A stretch of 55,401 nucleotides of DNA, filler included, from Asterionella formosa (GCA_002256025.1; 5 parts of 5 records of this genome joined end to end with filler, not necessarily neighbours in it); one strand, 5' to 3'; positions 11,158-23,609 are shown, numbered from the whole stretch's first letter. Made by a program: numbers and translations. Notes: a model not told the origin generated them from the sequence alone.

Positions 11158-14100
11158 ATGGCATCATCGCGCTGGAAGCGATTTGCGTTCTTTGATCGCT
11201 CCAATCTTCAACTGAATGCCCAAGTGCTGGACGATTTGATTCCCGGCTTGGACAACACGGCATCGAGTAGCAGGCGAGTTGTTGGTGTCAACGATGGGGA
11301 TTCCATTTGCATGAGAGTTTGCAGTGCAGGGCTTCCTCTGGATGGAGCTTCTACTGCTGTTGCTGTTACAAGCACTGCGCAGAAACCAGAATCAGTCACC
11401 ATGTCGTTCTACAAGAGTTTGACGGCATGCTCTGCTCCGCAAACAAATGCAACGGACGATGTCATGTTACCATCTCAATCAAACAATTCGCTCATATCTT
11501 ATGAAAAGAATCAAAACATGCACGATGGATTGATTCTCTGCTGGTTGACGTCAACCGAGACTGACCTAGTTCACTGCGTTGATTTGACACAACGATGCAG
11601 TGGCAGAGGTGCAGAACAGGAAACATTAGACGGGTGGAGAGGATACTATTCGGCATTTCCCGTTGAACAACCAAAACAAGGCTCTGCTCGATTGGAAGAC
11701 CGCATCATTTCAGAGCATTTGGCAGATGCGTCAACCGCCAGTGGCGAACGAGTTGTTGACGTGGCTACCATGAGGGATCAGGACGGAACTCTATTCTTGG
11801 CTTGTATTTCGGATACGAATGTTGCTGTGCATGTCGATCCACATTTGCATTTAAGCTGTAGGCTACCACTCTCTCACGTAGCGGGGACGGATAGACCAGT
11901 CACCTATTCCTTGGCCACATCGTGGACCACAGGCCATTGCACGACTGTTGATATTCAACCCGGTTTTGTGGCTGTTGGAAATGATATCGGCGGAGCCGTC
12001 ATTTATCAAATTCAAAAGAACGTTTTGCGACATTGGGTAACCCTTACTGGATCTACAGGAGTATCGGTATCTTCAGTCAAAATACATTTAGAACCAACCA
12101 AGCTAAATCTTTTCGTTTGTTACCACCGACTCTCCAATTCACGTTCTGCTGGTGTCTGTTGCTTTGATTTGGGTGCGCCCACTGGTTCACCGACAGCTGC
12201 CCTTGGAAGACATGATTTGGATTCACGTCAAGTCACGGCAGGCAAACTTACGGATTTTAACAACAAGCAATTGACTATTGGCCGGCCTGATGGCCTTTAT
12301 ACGTACAGCACCACATCCAAAATATCAGTCGCTCCCATTGACGGAGTCAAACTCTGTATCAGCGTGTGGGACAAGCAATTAGTGGCAAGTACAGATTTGA
12401 AATCGGGACGAGATGCTGTTGACATTTACGACGCGACAAACAAGTTGGTAGCATTTCATGTTTTGTTGTCACCAGGTCACATGGCCCTACGTGCGTCGAC
12501 AGTTACAACGCCATTAACAAGTGCGCAAGATGGAGGCGTCCAAGGAGGGCGTTCCAGTGCTATTGTCATTACGAGTGAGGGTACAATTTTAACGCTGACG
12601 GAAAAGGAAACGCCAGAGAAAATTTCTCTCCTCGTGCAGAAGAACTTGTTTGGAGCAGCTATTAGCATGGCCTACGCTGACAAATCTGTCCCACCCTCGG
12701 AAATAACCATGTTGTATCGCAAACATGCAGAGCACTTGTATCGCAAGGGTGATTATGCGAGCGCTATGGACCAATATATTTATACCATTGGATCTCTTGA
12801 GTCATCGCACGTAATTTTGAGATACTTGGATGCTCCCAAAATTCCAGTTCTGGTCAAGTATTTGGAAGAGCTGCGCACTAGAAAGTTAGCAACAACAGTT
12901 CACAATGAATTGCTGCGGACATGCTATCTCAAGTTGAATGATAGCGATGCGGCTGAAAAGATTGCTGCCACGTCAGGACGTCGACAAACAATGGATAGTG
13001 CGGTTGCCATGATTTCTAACTTATCGCCCAAAGAAGGCTTGGCTACTTTGTGCAGCCTTGATGCTGCCCAAGCCGCCGAAGCCTTGGTGGTACATGGTGC
13101 AACCTTGGCACGGGCCTTGCCCAGGGAAACAGCGGGTATTGTAATTTCATTGTGTGTTGGAACTTATTCCCCTTCTGCTCTGGCTCATGTCGCCATCAAC
13201 ACTGACGAAGCGTCGAAATTGTTAGTGTGTGCTACTGATAATCGTCCCAAATCGTGCGATCCGTATCCTGTTCATCTCTTTACATCAGCCTTTTTGGAAA
13301 ACCCGCAAATGCTAAGACTGATTCTAGCTCACTGCAATCGCAACAAATGCCGATTAACTCCTTCCTTGAGACGCACGTTGCTCGAATTGACGTTGGAAGA
13401 ATGGAACAATGCCAAACGTACAGGCGACACTGAAGTGGAAAAGTTAAGACGCAAAGAAGCAATTACAGCGCTGACGGATGCGCACTGCCGTACTATTGGG
13501 GATTATGATGCTTTGGTCATTGTGCAGTTGGCTGGCTTTGCAGAGGGCGAATTGCTGCTTTACGAACGCCTCCAAATGGTGCCGATGCTGTTGGCGAGGT
13601 ATGCGCAAGATGGAGGCGATCGAGCTCGGCGTCAAATGTTGGCCATGGGACGAAAAGATCCGGAAATTTTGGCGGACGTGCTTGGTCATTTTGTCGAGAT
13701 TGCATCTGAGAAGATAGACCATGACCGTCCAGATGATTCTTCCATCCATTCCGAGGAGGAGGCAATTCTTGATGACATCGGTGAAGCACTCACCCTGGCG
13801 AAGGCGCAAGGGGTCTTGCCACCGGTCAGAATCGCGCGTATTTTGGCAGGCGAAGGAGTGGGACAGTTTAGCACTGAACTACGCCGAGAGCAGAAGAGGA
13901 CTGTTCCTTTGTCGGTCGCCTTGGATTATGTTGGGGACATTCTTGATGATTCGCGGCGTGAGATTACAAAACTGAAGGCAGAAGTTGAAGAGTACAATGA
14001 TTTATGCAATTCAATGGAAGCGGAAGTTGATTCTCTTTTGAACGGAAGAACGGAAACAGTCAACACCAAGGCAACGCAAGGAGATGTTTCCACGATTAAT

Positions 14101-14262
14101 ATCGACGACATGTACACTAGGCTCAAGTTATCCATTGAAGAAGGACCCAAGTTGGAGAACCGCACAGTTCAATCAAGAGAGCCATTCTGGCGTGAAATGA
14201 ACCACTCAGAGGATCGGTTCGAAACTATTTCTCGTTTCTTTGCAAAGGGAATCATCCAGTAA
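11158..14262 (+). CDS. VPS11: Vacuolar protein sorting 11 (HOPS/CORVET core), apparently without RING finger
   Basis: N-terminal WKRFAFFD, beta-rich N-half, clathrin-repeat segment YRKHAEHLYRKGDYASAMDQYIYTIGSLESSHVILRYLDA, coiled coil, and C-terminal FETISRFFAKGII (Vps11_C-like). 1034-aa single ORF. Confidence 0.88.
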   Translation: MASSRWKRFAFFDRSNLQLNAQVLDDLIPGLDNTASSSRRVVGVNDGDSICMRVCSAGLPLDGASTAVAVTSTAQKPESVTMSFYKSLTACSAPQTNATDDVMLPSQSNNSLISYEKNQNMHDGLILCWLTSTETDLVHCVDLTQRCSGRGAEQETLDGWRGYYSAFPVEQPKQGSARLEDRIISEHLADASTASGERVVDVATMRDQDGTLFLACISDTNVAVHVDPHLHLSCRLPLSHVAGTDRPVTYSLATSWTTGHCTTVDIQPGFVAVGNDIGGAVIYQIQKNVLRHWVTLTGSTGVSVSSVKIHLEPTKLNLFVCYHRLSNSRSAGVCCFDLGAPTGSPTAALGRHDLDSRQVTAGKLTDFNNKQLTIGRPDGLYTYSTTSKISVAPIDGVKLCISVWDKQLVASTDLKSGRDAVDIYDATNKLVAFHVLLSPGHMALRASTVTTPLTSAQDGGVQGGRSSAIVITSEGTILTLTEKETPEKISLLVQKNLFGAAISMAYADKSVPPSEITMLYRKHAEHLYRKGDYASAMDQYIYTIGSLESSHVILRYLDAPKIPVLVKYLEELRTRKLATTVHNELLRTCYLKLNDSDAAEKIAATSGRRQTMDSAVAMISNLSPKEGLATLCSLDAAQAAEALVVHGATLARALPRETAGIVISLCVGTYSPSALAHVAINTDEASKLLVCATDNRPKSCDPYPVHLFTSAFLENPQMLRLILAHCNRNKCRLTPSLRRTLLELTLEEWNNAKRTGDTEVEKLRRKEAITALTDAHCRTIGDYDALVIVQLAGFAEGELLLYERLQMVPMLLARYAQDGGDRARRQMLAMGRKDPEILADVLGHFVEIASEKIDHDRPDDSSIHSEEEAILDDIGEALTLAKAQGVLPPVRIARILAGEGVGQFSTELRREQKRTVPLSVALDYVGDILDDSRREITKLKAEVEEYNDLCNSMEAEVDSLLNGRTETVNTKATQGDVSTINIDDMYTRLKLSIEEGPKLENRTVQSREPFWREMNHSEDRFETISRFFAKGIIQ

Positions 14263-14457
14263 AGAGAAATATGGTTATGGGTTATGACAGTTCATTGCTA
14301 ACTCTAATGTTCCTTTGTCCTAATACCGAGTGATTATATCTTTCGTTCCTTATATGAGTCGGCAGGGCATACTTTTTGTTATTAAGGCGGCGCTCTTGCT
14401 TTTCCCGCCTCAAATCTTCCATATACAAATAAAAATTTATCATCCTTTTACATCACT

Positions 14458-16352
14458 TTAAAGGCTTTGCACCAATGCCACTAACTCGTCTTTTGTTAGT
14501 GGCTTTCCATCCCCACCTACAGCAGCAGCCCCTCGATTCTCCAAGTACACGGACAGGTCCTTCGCAGTTTTACGCTTTAGCGTTGAAGGCGACAAGGTCT
14601 TCCATGGGTTCATGTCAGTTTCGTTATCATTCTGATGCGTCTTCTTGGCCCCCTTTGTCGCTGCAACTTTCTTCTCGGCCGTTTTTGCTCCCTTGGAAGC
14701 CCCGTTAGCGGCGGGTGCAACTGAATCGTTCAACGCGAAGAACATGGGTTCTGGTTCCAGTACTTCCTCTTTTGCAGATGAATTTGTAGGGGTGGGCTTC
14801 GCTTCTGGGGCTGCCTTTTTATCACTAGCAGCCTTTGCCTCCGCAACAGCCTTATCACTAGCAGCCTTTGCCTCCGCAGCAGCCTTATCACTAGCAGCCT
14901 TCGCCTCTGCTGCGGCCTGATCACTAGCAGGGATTTCTGTTCCTGCTTTTTTGGCCAAGTTCTCTTCGTCCACTTGCTTGATCAATGCCAAGATTCTATT
15001 ATTTGCATCTGGGTCGTCCATCTCTTCCATCATTTCCGCAGTGAATTGCTCCATGGGTTTTGCTACAGCAGGCATATCAGCTTTTACCTTAGTTGCAGCC
15101 GCCAATTGTTTTTTCAATGCTGCAGTCTCTACAGTCAATTTATTCAATGCAGACTGCATCATTTCCTGTAATGTTCGAAAAGGAGTAGCCGAGTTTATTA
15201 GTCCATCCATCACGCAGATTTATTCAAGCAAGCACAATCCACGTCATAGTTCAACACACACACACCAAAGGTACTCACCTTATCTACTTGAATCGCTCGA
15301 AGCTTACTGGATTCCAATATGGAGGAGGCCATAGAAACAGACTTATCTCCATTGACCACAATTTTGGATGCTCGATTGGCAGCTTCTGCGGCTATGTTCG
15401 CAGCTTCGGCAGCTTGCGCGGCCTTTTGATTGGCTTCGTTCAATTGAGCCGAAAATTCTGCACGAGCATCCTCAAAGCCTGCTTTTCGTTGAATCAATGC
15501 TAGAACCACCGCCAGGCCAGCCACATACCATGCACCGTACTCTTCCAATCGGAATGTCGCCATGACATTGTTAAGGGACGATCCAAAATTAGCTGTACTA
15601 GCCGCAGCACCAGCCGCAGCAGCTACACCACTAATCGCTTTACCAAAATCAGTCGATTTTTTAATCATATCTCCGTCCATATCTGGAAATGCAATTTTGG
15701 AATTGATGGTATCAGTCATGAGAGACGACGAGGGAGGCAATGTCGGAAAGGTTGAAAACTGCAAAGCGTTGGACTTCAAAATGGCAAGCTTCTCCTTGGC
15801 GTTGGCAATAATATCCAAAGAATCTGACGAGACCGGATCAGCCAATAGTTTAGTAGAACCCCCAGATGTCTTGGCCGATTGCTTAATCGCACCAATATTA
15901 TCCCGAAAGAATTCAAAAATGGTGGGAGCTCGGTCTGTGGGGGTTTTGGCAACTTCCTTGACGATAGTTTCCACCACAGCCACTGGTTCAGGGATGGAGC
16001 TGGTGAAGGGCTCCGGCATTGTAATGATAGGTTCTGGGAGACTAATAACGGCCTCTACGGGGGGCTCTGGGAGACTAATAACGGCCTCTACGGGGGGCTC
16101 AGGGACACTAATAACGGGGGGCTCTGGGACACTCACGACAGGCTCGGGAGGAGATTTATTGATAACAATCTCCGGCGCTTTCAGAGCACTGCTCGACCCC
16201 GCATTCCTCCTTTGATAATTGGACACAATGTCATAAAGTTGTGTTGTTGTTGTTGTGCAAGTGAAACGCGCTTTGCGAGGTGTCATAAAGGCATCAGCGC
16301 CATTGCCGCTCAACAAGATCCAAGTCGCGAACAAAGCAAAAAACGTTGACAT
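14458..16352 (-). CDS. Two-exon plastid-targeted protein (~593 aa): Pro-rich repeats, one TM helix, coiled coil, C-terminal SAP/HeH-like module
   Basis: Exon 1 is 16352-15279 and exon 2 is 15165-14458. The phase-0 intron 15278-15166 (GTGAGT...TTACAG) joins QVDK|EMMQ. Signal peptide ends GADA-FM. TM segment is YGAWYVAGLAVVLALI. Confidence 0.8.
14820..14930 (-). repeat. 33-bp coding tandem repeat (AEAKAASDKAA) x ~3
   Basis: Repeated ttatcactagcagcctttgcctccgc units. Confidence 0.9.
16030..16150 (-). repeat. Coding Pro-rich repeats (EPPVEAVISLP / EPPVISVP)
   Basis: Repeated ctctgggagactaataacggcctctacggggggctc units. Confidence 0.85.
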
Positions 16353-17835
16353 GTTGTCTGATGAATGATGTTCGGATCAATAAGTGTAGGAGTGATAGGA
16401 TCTGCTTTAGACTACTGGCCCTGTATGGAAGCAATAGCTGGCTGACCGGTGACTATACCCCAGTGAACCAACAATGAAGGGGCGACGATTCAATAATCTA
16501 GGGAGCGAGATAAGTCGAAACTATTGAACGCCTTCTACAGCAAACAGTTGCAGCAACGAACTGGCGAGCGAGGCTGATGGGCGGACCATGCTACCCCCCG
16601 TATTTAGCATTCGTCTTTGCTAGCCTACTATACAAAATACCTGTTGCATTTTGTAGTACATAGGCCATGCAGGATACCTTTCAAATGTAGCAGATCATAT
16701 TACCGGTAAGTGACGAATGGAACATCATCTGTTGAAGAACATCACCATCAATCTAACAACTTCCGGGTTTTCAGCGGATTGAACAATCAGACTAAAATGA
16801 CGACACCAGCAGCCAATCAAGAATTACCTAAATCATCAACAATCATAACCCCCTACGCAANNNNNNNNNNNNNNNNNNNNNNNNNNNNNNNNNNNNNNNN
16901 NNNNNNNNNNNNNNNNNNNNNNNNNNNNNNNNNNNNNNNNNNNNNNNNNNNNNNNNNNNNNNNNNNNNNNNNNNNNNNNNNNNNNNNNNNNNNNNNNNNN
17001 NNNNNNNNNNNNNNNNNNNNNNNNNNNNNNNNNNNNNNNNNNNNNNNNNNNNNNNNNNNNNNNNNNNNNNNNNNNNNNNNNNNNNNNNNNNNNNNNNNNN
17101 NNNNNNNNNNNNNNNNNNNNNNNNNNNNNNNNNNNNNNNNNNNNNNNNNNNNNNNNNNNNNNNNNNNNNNNNNNNNNNNNNNNNNNNNNNNNNNNNNNNN
17201 NNNNNNNNNNNNNNNNNNNNNNNNNNNNNNNNNNNNNNNNNNNNNNNNNNNNNNNNNNNNNNNNNNNNNNNNNNNNNNNNNNNNNNNNNNNNNNNNNNNN
17301 NNNNNNNNNNNNNNNNNNNNNNNNNNNNNNNNNNNNNNNNNNNNNNNNNNNNNNNNNNNNNNNNNNNNNNNNNNNNNNNNNNNNNNNNNNNNNNNNNNNN
17401 NNNNNNNNNNNNNNNNNNNNNNNNNNNNNNNNNNNNNNNNNNNNNNNNNNNNNNNNNNNNNNNNNNNNNNNNNNNNNNNNNNNNNNNNNNNNNNNNNNNN
17501 NNNNNNNNNNNNNNNNNNNNNNNNNNNNNNNNNNNNNNNNNNNNNNNNNNNNNNNNNNNNNNNNNNNNNNNNNNNNNNNNNNNNNNNNNNNNNNNNNNNN
17601 NNNNNNNNNNNNNNNNNNNNNNNNNNNNNNNNNNNNNNNNNNNNNNNNNNNNNNNNNNNNNNNNNNNNNNNNNNNNNNNNNNNNNNNNNNNNNNNNNNNN
17701 NNNNNNNNNNNNNNNNNNNNNNNNNNNNNNNNNNNNNNNNNNNNNNNNNNNNATATAAATTGCCAGACACCGACAAACTAACACAACATATTACCAGTAC
17801 CGCCTCGTTCGAAGGCTTGTTGCATAGCTTCCCCT

Positions 17836-19095
17836 CTATGCCCCAAGTGGCAGTAGACAAGGATCCTCCAAGGACAAGTGAGCCATTGCATTCTCGGTAT
17901 GCTCCCCCTTTACTACTGATGCCCATTTTCCAAGTGGACATGAAGGAGTCGTCATCCTGACGGCACCATCCAGAAGCGGGAATTCATGAATGTTGCAAAA
18001 AGGAGCAGCCGCATGTCGTCGACGCGTTCGTTTGTGTGATCGACGACGCTGTCTAGTGTCCGCAGTGGGAGAGGAGGACGAAGATAGTAAACTTGCAACG
18101 GATGATACTTCATCAGTTGCCATTGTCGTCGTCATTTTTCCCAGGTCCGAAGACTGTGATGGCGAAATCGACAATGTAGGACTGCTGGAGGAAGAAGATT
18201 GATCGCCGATTTGGTCAAGACTAGTGTGTATCATTGAGTGAGGGTTGTGTTTTACTCGTCGTGTTGGACGTTTCTTAGTTCGCCTGGGATTTTCCGTCTC
18301 GGGCTCGTTCTGCTCCTCTTCCGGAGAAGCGCCAATCACAAATACCTGACGAGGTGGAATGCTTGGTCCTACATGCTCATCCTCCTGCCCTGCGGGATAC
18401 GGCTGTGGGGAAACGAGATTGGGAGGATGAAGTTGTGTCGGGGTAGATGACATGTTATAATGGTAGTGGATAGCAAAAGGTGGAGACATGTAAAGTGGAT
18501 ATGTTTGCTGGAACCATGGAATGTGCTGCTGCTGCTGCTCCAGGTGAAATGGGGATCCTGAACTATGGGAGTGCTGATGCTGCGTGTACATGACATGATC
18601 ACCAAAGTCAACAGGATGAATGTGAACAGCACCTTCTGATGACAGCGGCCGTGCTGGAGAGGCGACAGCGCCATCTTTGATGACTTGATAGTTTTGATGG
18701 TGTGTGTTCAAATTGTTACAGGGAATGATCGCTCGACTTGCGTTCATGGTTACAAGTTGACTGGCTTCTACGGCCAAGAGCAACCACTTGGTATCTGCAG
18801 GATCCTCCAGAGGCGTATGGAGCAACGCAGAACAAATAGCTCGTACCTTGGGAAAGCGTGCGATTATTTCCGCTGGAACGCCGCCGTCATGATTCCACAT
18901 CAAAGCAGTGAGGAAGGCATCTTTCGCTAGATTCGCCGGCGAAAAGTAGTACTCAATTTGAGTGCAAAGGCGCTCGACTAGTATCTCTCCAATGGGCGCG
19001 TTTTGTTGCTGTTGCTCATGTAGGTGCACCAAGCGCGAAGGTTCCATTCTAGAGCGAACGGGTTCCGAAGATTGTATCTGCTGACTCGCCATCAT
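17836..19095 (-). CDS. La-motif (HTH-La) RNA-binding protein, LARP-like, with low-complexity tail
   Basis: LCTQIEYYFSPANLAKDAFL...GGVPAEIIARFPKVR is a La-motif signature. Confidence 0.85.
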   Translation of the reverse strand: MMASQQIQSSEPVRSRMEPSRLVHLHEQQQQNAPIGEILVERLCTQIEYYFSPANLAKDAFLTALMWNHDGGVPAEIIARFPKVRAICSALLHTPLEDPADTKWLLLAVEASQLVTMNASRAIIPCNNLNTHHQNYQVIKDGAVASPARPLSSEGAVHIHPVDFGDHVMYTQHQHSHSSGSPFHLEQQQQHIPWFQQTYPLYMSPPFAIHYHYNMSSTPTQLHPPNLVSPQPYPAGQEDEHVGPSIPPRQVFVIGASPEEEQNEPETENPRRTKKRPTRRVKHNPHSMIHTSLDQIGDQSSSSSSPTLSISPSQSSDLGKMTTTMATDEVSSVASLLSSSSSPTADTRQRRRSHKRTRRRHAAAPFCNIHEFPLLDGAVRMTTPSCPLGKWASVVKGEHTENAMAHLSLEDPCLLPLGA

Positions 19096-22000
19096 GGCGC
19101 GGTGGAGACGACGAACGTGTAGAAAGAAAATGAAGCGCTGGTGGCGAAATCAGAGATCACTGTGAAGGCGCTGACGGCGTGCGAGTTTGGACGCAGCAGA
19201 GAATTAAGTTCAAGGGCAACAACTGTCGCAACAACTGTAAACGTGCCCAAGAAACGAGAACGGACGCTAATCGTGTTTCTGCGAGAAGTGCTTGCGTCGG
19301 CGTCACTTCGTTTTCTGTCGCTCTGACTTGAGTGTCAACCTTTCTTTCCGCAACGATCACACCGCCTCAACTGCCAAACTCTATCAACGGTCCTCTTTAG
19401 CTCTCTTGACTCGAAAGGAAATGACAAGTAATCAGTGAAACAGAATAATGATGTACTACGGTAGCATTCCATAACAAACAGTGGAGAATATCGTTATATC
19501 GGGTGTGCGTATAAGCTATTTGCTTGTTTTGGCTGCAGGTAGATTAAGACCCTGACATTTTGGCTGCTGGTGACACCACAACCACGCAACTTATTCTATC
19601 CTAGGTAAATTGATATGATACGTACTGAGTAAATGCTGTGTGGAGTACCGGTGTGAGTTTTGTCCAGTGAGGGCATATGTACCGGTACTCCTACCTTGAC
19701 AAAAGCAACATATTTAGTAAACCCTGTCCACCCATGGCAATGGTCGAACCACCGAAATGATGAGGTCCCTGTAAATGCACAGCCATAGTGTCTTATACGC
19801 ACACATGATAACTAGAAATTTCTCCATCTGTTCGCTATGTCTGTATCAGGGACTCCACCACGTACAATCAAGAATAGATTCTATGAGTACCTTGCATGAA
19901 CAAAATGGAACAAATGTGCAGTTGTGTACAAGAGCCTCCGTAGAGTCATGATGACGATTGTTAGTACCGTATACTGGTTACTCCAATATATTTACCGGTA
20001 CCCTTCTAACGGTATTCAGTAAGTGCGTAGATTCCCACAGCTCTGGTACACCATGGATATACAATAATACTCTAGTACAAAAAAATCAGTTACTTGAAAA
20101 TCTATTGCTGTCAACCCAAATGCAGGTTCTCTGTCATTCTCTCTCTCTCCACAGGTTATTAATCCCTCGTGAATAGTGGGACATGTGATCTCTGTTGCCC
20201 ACTGATGCCAACCAAGCCGTCAATATTGGTGTGTTTGTGTTTGGCAAAGCAAGCCCCCCGGCATGATCCTCCAGCCAGACTTATGTCCTCTGCTGCGCCA
20301 AGGAGACCCATTTCACATGACTCCCCATCCCTCCTACCCTATCACCCCCAATACACTGCTGGCACATGCTTTGGGCCGTCTGCTCCAAATCCTTTCCATG
20401 TCCTCCCAAAGTCTCGCCATGAGTCAGCTTCAAGCCAAGCATTTCTGGATGACCCGCCCACCTCATACACCGCCACAGGCCCCCACCCTCCCATTTGGTC
20501 TGCAGCATCTGGTTCACCAGCTTATTACACCCCTGATCATGGTATAAGAACCAACCTGCCTAAATACAATCCATTGATAGTTTCAAAATGACTCATTCGT
20601 TTTTGAGAACTGATCCAGTTGACTCTTTTGTTTACAAGTACTGATCCAGTTTGATGACTACATATGACTAGAAATTTGCTGATGACCACATAAAATTGCA
20701 GACTATGAATATGACTATAAGTTACTGAGCAATTTGTGAACTCTATAACCAAACCATCTTCCAGCAGGTCCTGAATGCATACAATCACATGTAGTAGAAG
20801 CAGTTGAACATGATTTCGATGATCAGAAGGGGACTTGGATTTAATGAATGATGACTCAACAGCATAGAAAATTACATACTAAGAGAGTTTGGAATGGAAA
20901 GCCAGCCTAACCCTTCCAGTACTAGGCATGGGACAAATCATTGGGAGTGAGTCAAACCTGAACAATTGCACATAAAACATGCAGTACCAGACTTTCCAGG
21001 GCAGAACGACCGGTTGTACAATTATGGTGCTGGTATAAAGCAATATTTGCATTGTATACCATGTACAACCCATGGCACTTGTTCGAGGGAGAACCTGGAA
21101 GGTCCGGTAATTGAGATATTTAGCTAAATCTTTTCTTTAGTAAGAAATGTTTTACCGGACTTTCCTTGGTGGTCCTGGTATTCTCCCAGAATCTGACAAT
21201 TGTGTACAGTCAGATATGTTAGTTTCTCTTTTGTTTGTATAATTTTATTGTGAGTTACTAAATTAGTTAGGTTTGTTCAGTTTGAATAATCAAACAAACT
21301 ATTTCTCCAAAATGCTGTTTGCATTTGTAAGAACATTTATTCATAGATAGACCCATATCTATCTCACAATTATTGATCATAGGTTTATAACCATTTGATC
21401 ATTGGATTCAAACTATCGCTATTTTGAATATTCCTCATTGTATGAATCATTAGAGCAAAAAAATTGTGAGGTTGATGAGAGCTTGGTAAATCTAAAGTCA
21501 ATTCATTTGACTTCGAGGCAAAGATTTACTGGTACCAGGTACTCCCTCTGGTTGAAAATAATTGCAGCAATTGTTAAAATTTTTCCGGCGCAATTTTGAT
21601 TCCTGCGATTTTCTCCGGCTCAATTGCCCTAATGTGCGCAATTGCATAAGCTACAGAGGATCCATGTATTATATATATCTAGTAAATTGAAAATTGGCAA
21701 CTCTGCATCAATCAAAAAGACGTTTTTGGGATTTTTCGATTTTCACTTATGGCTATCTTGAGCAAAATGCAGATGCATGAGGACCCATATTAGTAGAACA
21801 ACAGCAACTTGCATTCAATTATGATATGAGCAACCCCAAAAGATGCAATGGTGGGAGGGAAGAAAATGATGGTATGCTCAGCCGTTTTGAGGAAATCACC
21901 GTTAAATATCAGGGGGTGTGGTCAATGTAAGTGCAACAACTGTAGAAAGCAAACAAAAATACAGTTATACTATTCATGTTATAATTATGATACATCTAAG

Positions 22001-22219
22001 ACGCGAAATACGCCACTTTTCGAAATTTCGTCTACGTATGAGTGTTAATTATGTGGTACTTCACATGCATTAATGCCACTCTTCACGTAAAAAAGATTAC
22101 TTTTAACGGTTTCATGTGANNNNNNNNNNNNNNNNNNNNNNNNNNNNNNNNNNNNNNNNNNNNTTAATTAATTAANNNNNNNNNNNNNNNNNNNNNNNNN
22201 NNNNNNNNNNNNNNNNNNN

Positions 22220-22542
22220 AATTGGTTGGTGTCGATGACATCATATCAAAGGTGTTGTGGACGAAATTATTTATTGAAGCACAAGGACACAAGGTGACTA
22301 CGAATGTCATTTACCGTGACAACACTAGCGCAATGAAGCTAGAAGCGAATGGAAAAGCAAGTTCAGGAAAACGCACGCGACATTTCAACATCAAATATTT
22401 TTATATTACTGATCTTATTGAAAGAAAGGAAGTACAAATCAAGTACTGTCCATCGGATGCAATGTTAGCAGACTACATGACGAAACCACTGGTTGGAATG
22501 AAATTTATTCATTTTCGTCAGGAAATTATGAATTCAAAGTGA
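22220..22542 (+). mobile_element. Ty1/Copia (CoDi-like) pol RNase H C-terminus, truncated by scaffold start
   Basis: VIYRDNTSAMKLE.NGK.SS.KRTRHFNIKYFYITD...YCPSDAMLADYMTKPL. Confidence 0.93.
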
Positions 22543-22564
22543 GCATCCGTGTCCAGCAGGAGTG

Positions 22565-22830
22565 TGTTGGAGAAAATATTTTAGGAAAGAAAATCCGGGT
22601 ATAAATTACCTACTACATATTGAATCGAATGAATCAAGAAAGAATATGGTACCAGAGAATTCGAAAACAATCTACGCCAACAGTAAAAACCCATAATTCT
22701 ATTAAAACGCTTAGGAACGATTACAATCGATCACGGAGACATCGTTGTTATATCTACAGCCTATTTGGTCCCTGACGTGTCCTTACAGGATACAAGAAAG
22801 CATAGAGTGCTTCGGGACGCAATTTCAACA
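22565..22830 (+). repeat. Probable 3' LTR of the Copia element
   Basis: Purine-rich CAGCAGGAGTG followed by TGTTGG...TTTCAACA. Confidence 0.6.
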
Positions 22831-23609
22831 GATGATTGCAACAGAATCATGCAAGAAATGTAGTCAGCAGAGATTCACTTCTGTCAATGTTAAAGACCAT
22901 ATTTGAACATGGTTTTTATTATGATGATTTGCGATATTACTGCCTGCCTATACATATAGATATAATGAAAAGACCAAAGAAGAGGAACACATGGATACAG
23001 ACAAGATTGAATTTATTTTATACCGGTATTACGATGCATGGCGGGCGAAGCGTCATCACGTCCTGTGCGTGATGGAACGCTCGCTCTATAATAGGTACTG
23101 GTGGTACCAGGGGAGTACATGTAGGAAGTACCGGTACCGGTATACCGAAAATCCATGTCGCTATCATTGCTTGTGCGATGATAAAACAATATCATACAAC
23201 GTACCGGTAGCTAGAAGCAAAGTTTAACATAGATTCGAGCAGATATAGACAATCGTACATACATTCACTTTATAAACAATAGAAATACAGCAAAACGTGC
23301 TTCAACCAATATAAACCTTCATAAATGGGATTTATGTATGGAGTATCCTTGTTTTTCTTACTTTCTTGTTAAGATATATACCGGTATTCATTATCATGGA
23401 CTACATTATCCAAAAAATTTGAAGCAATATTTCAGAAATAAAGCAAATCAGCCAAATCAATAGACTAAAGCAATATGGTAAACTATAGACTACTTACGAC
23501 CTGTGCATAGGCTTGGCTAATACAGTTCCCAATTCTTTGTGGGTTTGATTCCAATGGATGGGTGCCCTAAATTTATATTTCAAGGTTCCCCCTCCTCCCT
23601 CTCTTCAAG

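Noticed and set aside
16710..17960. Long ORFs spanning N runs (also 48264-49176 and 50662-51529)
   Set aside because: Artefacts of translating assembly gaps.
20169..20591. Pro-rich ORFs, possibly a retroelement relic
   Set aside because: No diagnostic motif could be identified.
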